Source of the DNA: Balanoglossus misakiensis
Taxonomy: Eukaryota; Animalia; Hemichordata
DNA length: 64,000 nucleotides
NCBI GenBank assembly: GCA_040954595.2
Contig: CM082585.2
Span: 1,178,318 to 1,242,317, forward strand
Direction: 5' to 3'
Shown piece by piece: positions 61,101-64,000 of the stretch; positions within the stretch are counted from its first letter, which is position 1, and the number at the start of each line of letters is the position of its first letter. Below the pieces are notes generated by a model. The model had not been told where the DNA came from. It saw only the letters and a list, made by a program, of their open reading frames with translations, and ran no database searches. A program made the position numbers and the translations under genes.

Positions 61101-62748
61101 GCTTGTGTGAGTTTAATTTCACCTTTTCTGTCTCTCGGAATACAGGATTTTGACGCAGAGTGTAAATGCGTGATTTCAATTTGACCTTCTCTTTCTCTCG
61201 GAATACAGGATTTTGACGCAGAGTTTGCTTGTGTGAGTTTAATTTCACCTTCTCTTTCTCTTGGAATGAAGGATTTTGACGCAGGATTTGTATGTGTGAT
61301 TGCAATTTTTCCTTTTCTCTCTTTCTATATTGTGGGTTTGCACGTATTGTTCTTTTTTGATATTGTTGAGATAACTTTTCTCTGTCTCTGTATTCTACAT
61401 TCTGGCGCAATGTCTTTATATGTGCTTGCACTTTTGACTTTTCTCTCTCTTTGAAGTCAGGATTTTGTCTTTGTGCACATTTCCTCTCCTTGTCTCTCTT
61501 TCTTTCATTGGTTTTAAATGAAGGATCCTGTCTTTTCAACCGTTTGTATTCTCTGTCATATACCTTTCTTGATTTTCTTCTACATGAACCTGATGGAAGT
61601 GCATCAATGGTATTAGAAGTTTGCATACACTGTTTATTAGCTTGTAATTGTTTTTGTGACTCGAAATAGTTGTCTAACAGGTCTGAATGCCTTTGAGTCC
61701 GTTGATACAGTCTCTGAGAAGATGAACTCTCTATATGAATGGTTAATTCTTGAAGTTCATAAGGTGTCATGTTATTGAAGTTAAGGTTATGAAATAATGA
61801 ATACAAATAGTTTGTTAAATCATTTAGAGTCGGAAAACTCAATACCATACTTGAACCGTCAGAACATTGGAAACCATGTGAGTTTCGACTATGAGAATCA
61901 AATACGAAGTATTTGCCATCTGTTGCAGAAAGGGCCATGCTGTAGCCACCAAGTATTAACATAACTGAGTTACTAGAATTGAACATGTTAATCATAGCAT
62001 CTCTGAACACCATACATCCTTGTTCATCATAGTCAGACATACAGTCTAACATACCAAAGTACAGTCTTCCTTGTGTAATATTGAACTGCACAGAATTCAT
62101 GTGAACAGTATTTGGCAATTCATCACACATTAGTATTTCAGAAAATAATTTATTACTTGCTCTGAGGTCATTTGTGGTTTTAATGTATAAATTATCACCA
62201 GCATGTAAAATGTGATCTAAGTCATTAGATGTCAATGTCATCTCTCTTTCTTTTGATATGCAAAGGAAAGCAAGGGCATTACAAGTACATTGTCTACCTC
62301 GTGAATTTATGCTGAAAATATCATTGCCTTGATGAAAACTACCTTGGAGTACACTGTCTATTGTGTAACTTTCCCAGTGTAAAGTGTGACTATTGTGAGA
62401 GGAGTATAATTCTTGTTTGTCATGTGCATCATTTGCACTGTAGTATACACAAGAGGAATTTTGATTTGACACACTGGTCGAAGAATTCTTATTGAAGGTT
62501 GTAACTGATTGAGTGGCATTAAAACTTTTGATAATGGTACTTGAAGATGTAGACATATTATTGCTGTATGGTTCTATGCTTGACGATATTGATGTATTGT
62601 TATTGGCATTGCCGTACGAATCTGACTTCTTGAATGTTCCTTGTAGCACAGGGTGTTTTACTTTACTGGATCCACCCAAACCAGAATCAGACCCAGCTGA
62701 TATGATTGGTCCATCAGCCTGTTTAAAAATAAACAAGATAAGCGACAA
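55117..62748 (-). CDS. Helentron RepHel polyprotein: herpes-tegument-like (VTD/C76) deubiquitinase, 21-aa basic repeats, Zn finger, HUH Rep, PIF1 helicase, AP-type (EEP) endonuclease
   Basis: QGSFHQG...GRQCTCN...FDSH (protease); CSSC/CNTC; VEFQQRGSPHIH and YIVSYISK (Rep); GGAGTGKS, IIDEISM, GDLFQLKPV, TIHKSQG, YVAISRV (PIF1); QNARSL, IAES, YKSP, MGDFN, LDLIF, SDH (EEP). The true exon probably begins at 62718 after an acceptor. Confidence 0.95.
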   Translation of the reverse strand: MSLILFIFKQADGPIISAGSDSGLGGSSKVKHPVLQGTFKKSDSYGNANNNTSISSSIEPYSNNMSTSSSTIIKSFNATQSVTTFNKNSSTSVSNQNSSCVYYSANDAHDKQELYSSHNSHTLHWESYTIDSVLQGSFHQGNDIFSINSRGRQCTCNALAFLCISKEREMTLTSNDLDHILHAGDNLYIKTTNDLRASNKLFSEILMCDELPNTVHMNSVQFNITQGRLYFGMLDCMSDYDEQGCMVFRDAMINMFNSSNSVMLILGGYSMALSATDGKYFVFDSHSRNSHGFQCSDGSSMVLSFPTLNDLTNYLYSLFHNLNFNNMTPYELQELTIHIESSSSQRLYQRTQRHSDLLDNYFESQKQLQANKQCMQTSNTIDALPSGSCRRKSRKVYDREYKRLKRQDPSFKTNERKRDKERKCAQRQNPDFKEREKSKVQAHIKTLRQNVEYRDREKLSQQYQKRTIRANPQYRKREKEKLQSHIQILRQNPSFQEKEKVKLNSHKQTLRQNPVFREKEKVKLKSRIYTLRQNPVFRETEKVKLNSHKQTLRQNPVFREKEKVKLKSRINTLRQNPAFREKEKVKLNSHKQTLRQNPVFREKEKVKLKSRINTLRQNPAFREKEKVKLNSHKQTLRQNPAFREKEKVKLNSHKQTLRQNPAFREKEKVKFKAHIKTLRQNPAFREKEKPKLKEHIKSLRQNSTFRQNEKIQSQARIKTSRKSKTFKEHENKKQQIYRKMKRQDRNFRKKENLQKKFVKCSEKIQTFQIDKKQHVTHNGFSKHRGFETRQLCGESLQACINIFHRTVSQGPVYVCSSCHQTWFRKSVTPAAKLSERGIASKCLTAYTSVDNIEWVCNTCYRSISAGKIPRLSIANNVNFPDIPPQLQLHPLEERLIALRIPFMHMCSLPRGGQRSLSGPVVNIPTDITPTVNALPRMLDDSATIPVKLKRKLSYTRSEFTENIRPNKVMAALVWLMKNSVLYQNSGILINHNWSQEFENTDNDMAVFIENTNTEQEQADDPESESDSDSDKFSEVDPAEGAVANMDTLLDDSDYRNQILTFAPGEGQRPLSLFNDTDAEYLAFPTIFCGQRRNIDQIHTSNVHYSDVCKWELRNVDRRVANSVPNMFFKVKKLQLKQISSKVHLALRRCKTEGRTYKVADLLNPERVSDLLRLDDGFYIFRDLRNSPPYLEKRKKDVFAMIRQLGLPTWFCSLSSADTKWIDLHQILGTLVDGKKYTADELKAMDWATKSRLLQSDPVTCARFFDHRIHEFINTVLRGPCDPLGKITDYFYRVEFQQRGSPHIHMLMWIENAPNYQQNTPTEVIDFIDIYVSCSSNVPSEMAEVLNLQTHKHSKTCRVKGKPVCRFGYPMPPMSETMILSPLNADPDEEQHYKQKYEEIKQKLDDMKEGKPISYDDFLSTELQISHDEYIKCIQSSLKTTTIFLKREPSDLRVNAYMKLLLSAWGANHDLQFVLDPYACAMYIVSYISKSQRGMSALLDQACKEARKGNMELKAQVRHIGNKFLNNVEISAQEAAYIILQLSLTKATRQVVFINTSPPDQRTFLLKSKTALENTPAESTDIESDNLIKRYARRPKALENWCLADYASKLRVTYSTKCTDNYPQDINDDDHDDPDLGVDSESDNMTSKINIILKNGMKIQERVNPCIIRYVNYSKKVDYENYCREKLLLYMPWRNESSDLLNSCATFQESYNHNKHIIAQTIDKYEHNSELIDQATTAAEQLDNDDLNAFDQIAPNTQHAERDDLEEGTTTPNDHFIYFQPDDQPEHTTYDIGVDIGMNTTVTTDDTSNVPGRIPDEQYHKLVRSLNVKQREIFHHVLKSVKTNHDPMHIFITGGAGTGKSVVIRAIYQALHRYLCSIAGESPLDCRLLLCAPTGKAAYHINGSTIHAAFKVPASQGYKYKPLDSDKLNTLRSKYQHLSVVIIDEISMVGHELLNFINLRLQQIKGNNQVFGGVSMITVGDLFQLKPVMDGWIFKDLTKEYGPLATNLWKEHFTMHELTQIMRQKDDEDFAQLLNRLREGRHTDEDISELQNYVISHDQPLNESIPHLYTTNAMVESHNDKVYQNATSHKLVVPALDTVIGDVSQQVKAQLLKTIPKDPSKTCGLLSQAPIAVGLRYDLTANVDVEDGMTNGASCVVQQIDHRMTGTSNNRPSIIWVQFDDKNVGLLRRHKYKHLHQPEIGKQLTPIFDIKRQFPTSKYYKHVSVMRIQFPLRPSAAKTIHKSQGDTLDKVIIHMGTRKIDHIHYVAISRVRTISGLQILELNKNKIAISEAVHNEMKRLRDDSQLQLCFKPLYALPHDHCKVVYQNARSLHKHFADLCSDHNIIAADVIGIAESRLTTNDTNEAYNLPNYLLFRNDQDVHIDNTAVNFTRPYHGLVLYVKDSYQVIHIKCHSTKVFEFIKANILIQNKLLQIIMIYKSPQCTIHTFKQQFQQYLLPLLDLTKPILIMGDFNFDILLPNTSTAFLHFMTSICNCRQLIKEETTDQHSALDLIFLNFFTTTYDTIENSWSDHKAVYAAIHPSQFT
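60592..61536 (-). repeat. 63-bp coding tandem repeat (21 aa, LRQNPxFREKEKVKLxxxxxT)
   Basis: The LRQN codons recur every 63 bp from 61284 to 60654 (11 units), with about 4 degenerate units upstream and 2 downstream. Confidence 0.95.
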
Positions 62749-63793
62749 TTAGAAAATACAGTTACCTTTAATTTCCATCACATGTCCTTATTTGACCCCT
62801 GATGAGTACTATGACAATGAGAGCCAATGACAGGTCAATTTTGCGTCATATTCAAATTGGTTTTGTGTATATCATGTACATATAAGTACTATCACTAGTA
62901 TTTACATTGCAAATGTGTTCAATTAAGCTTTTGTATAAATTTGTTGTAATTTCAATACATTTTGCAAAATTTAGCTACTTGCATAATATTTGTATATCAC
63001 ATGTGGACAAAGACATTGCACAAATTAGTAACATGGCTATTGTCACGCCACCTCATCAAAAACTACTAGCGGCACAGGGTTGGCCTGCCATAACATTGTC
63101 TTACACTCATGTTTCACAATCATTCGAAAGCTCATTGCAACATTGAAATTATATCACCTACAAACCTCACCTTTCTACAAAGTTCCATATCAAATAAAAC
63201 TTTCCCACATAAATCTTTTCCAGTTGAACCTTTTGAAACCACACACTTCACCTGACAAATTTAGTCTGGAAAGTTGAACGTACCCTCTATCTACTCTGAA
63301 ACTACCAAGTTTAAAACAAACTTCAAAACTGGAAAAGGTTTGTGCCTATGACTTTTCCCATATAATTACATTGAGAATACCTAGAAAACTCACTTCTACT
63401 ATTTCTATGAAATATTACACATAGCTCAATCAAATAGAAATAAATGCATCCATCAAATATCGTTTGGTCACTGTATTTTTTTAGATAAACTTTACAAGTG
63501 TTTCGCCCATAGATACACCCTCACTGAATATGCTGACTCAGCAATTTTCCTCAATTATCAACAAAATTCATGGCCTTGTATTTCAAAAGCAAACGCAGTG
63601 ACATGAGAAGCCAATAATCCAAAATTGAAGACATAACGTTACTTTCGATTTTACTGATCATTACGGACTAGCTGCTAAAAGCCTACCCTGCGACCAAACA
63701 GTGACGTTGACCAACTTTCCCCTGCTCAAATGAAGAACTCCTTTTCCTGTTTACAAGTATGTACAATTTTATAGTATGCAAATACACACATAC

Positions 63794-63838
63794 CGATTTT
63801 TTCACAGCTGATTTTCTCCAATTCTTTTTCCTTGGCAT
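63794..63838 (-). CDS. Putative first coding exon of RepHel (MPRKKNWRKSAVKKS)
   Basis: ATG at 63838, 15 codons, then a phase-0 donor GTATGT. This matches the phase-0 acceptor TTTATTTTTAAACAG|GCT at 62719/62718. Basic, NLS-like peptide. Confidence 0.45.
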
Positions 63839-64000
63839 AATTCTGACCTTAGTAGCAAAAGACAAGAATGTGATAATATCAATAACAGCATTTTAACATC
63901 ATTGGTTAGACAACTTGAAACTGCCTAGATAATATGCAAGTAAAAGCCTGGCAAAAATGTAACATGTACAATTGCTTAATTTTAACATACTCACACAACA

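Larger units (their letters stand above)
50165..64000 (-). mobile_element. Autonomous Helentron (Helitron2-like, endonuclease-bearing); 3' end at 50165, 5' end outside the window
   Basis: 50165-50192 is identical to the HINE 3' ends (sub-terminal IR plus stem-loop). The Rep-helicase-endonuclease ORF and the RPA-like gene both read toward this end. Confidence 0.9.

Noticed and set aside
63690-63746. Possible second small RepHel exon after the CAG at 63747
   Set aside because: It would need a 47-nt intron and gives an in-frame TGA after the phase-0 donor.

Overview
Eukaryotic repetitive DNA, probably from an invertebrate animal (host not identifiable from sequence), with no host genes. The background is an AT-rich 78-bp tandem satellite (1-50164, interrupted), imperfectly palindromic, with block duplications and two variant domains. 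Three kinds of insertion interrupt it. (i) Two non-autonomous Helentron/DINE-1-like (HINE) elements (23974-25468, 27148-29161). (ii) A head-to-tail trimer of an Ngaro-type tyrosine-recombinase retrotransposon with split direct repeats (30818-47465). (iii) The 3' part of an autonomous Helentron (50165 to beyond 64000, minus strand). It encodes a 2543-aa ORF (tegument-like deubiquitinase, 21-aa repeats, Rep, PIF1 helicase, endonuclease) and a 4-exon RPA1-like gene missed by the ORF track. Main observations: all three Helentron-family elements share an identical 28-bp 3' end and sit in the same A-run of the satellite monomer in the same orientation, suggesting a satellite-targeting rolling-circle system. 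The Ngaro recombinase appears to be expressed as a spliced Gag-YR fusion. The Ngaro copies carry reciprocal defects that could complement each other. A hairpin encloses the internal poly(A) signals but not the terminal one. All calls come from reading motifs by eye; no searches were run.
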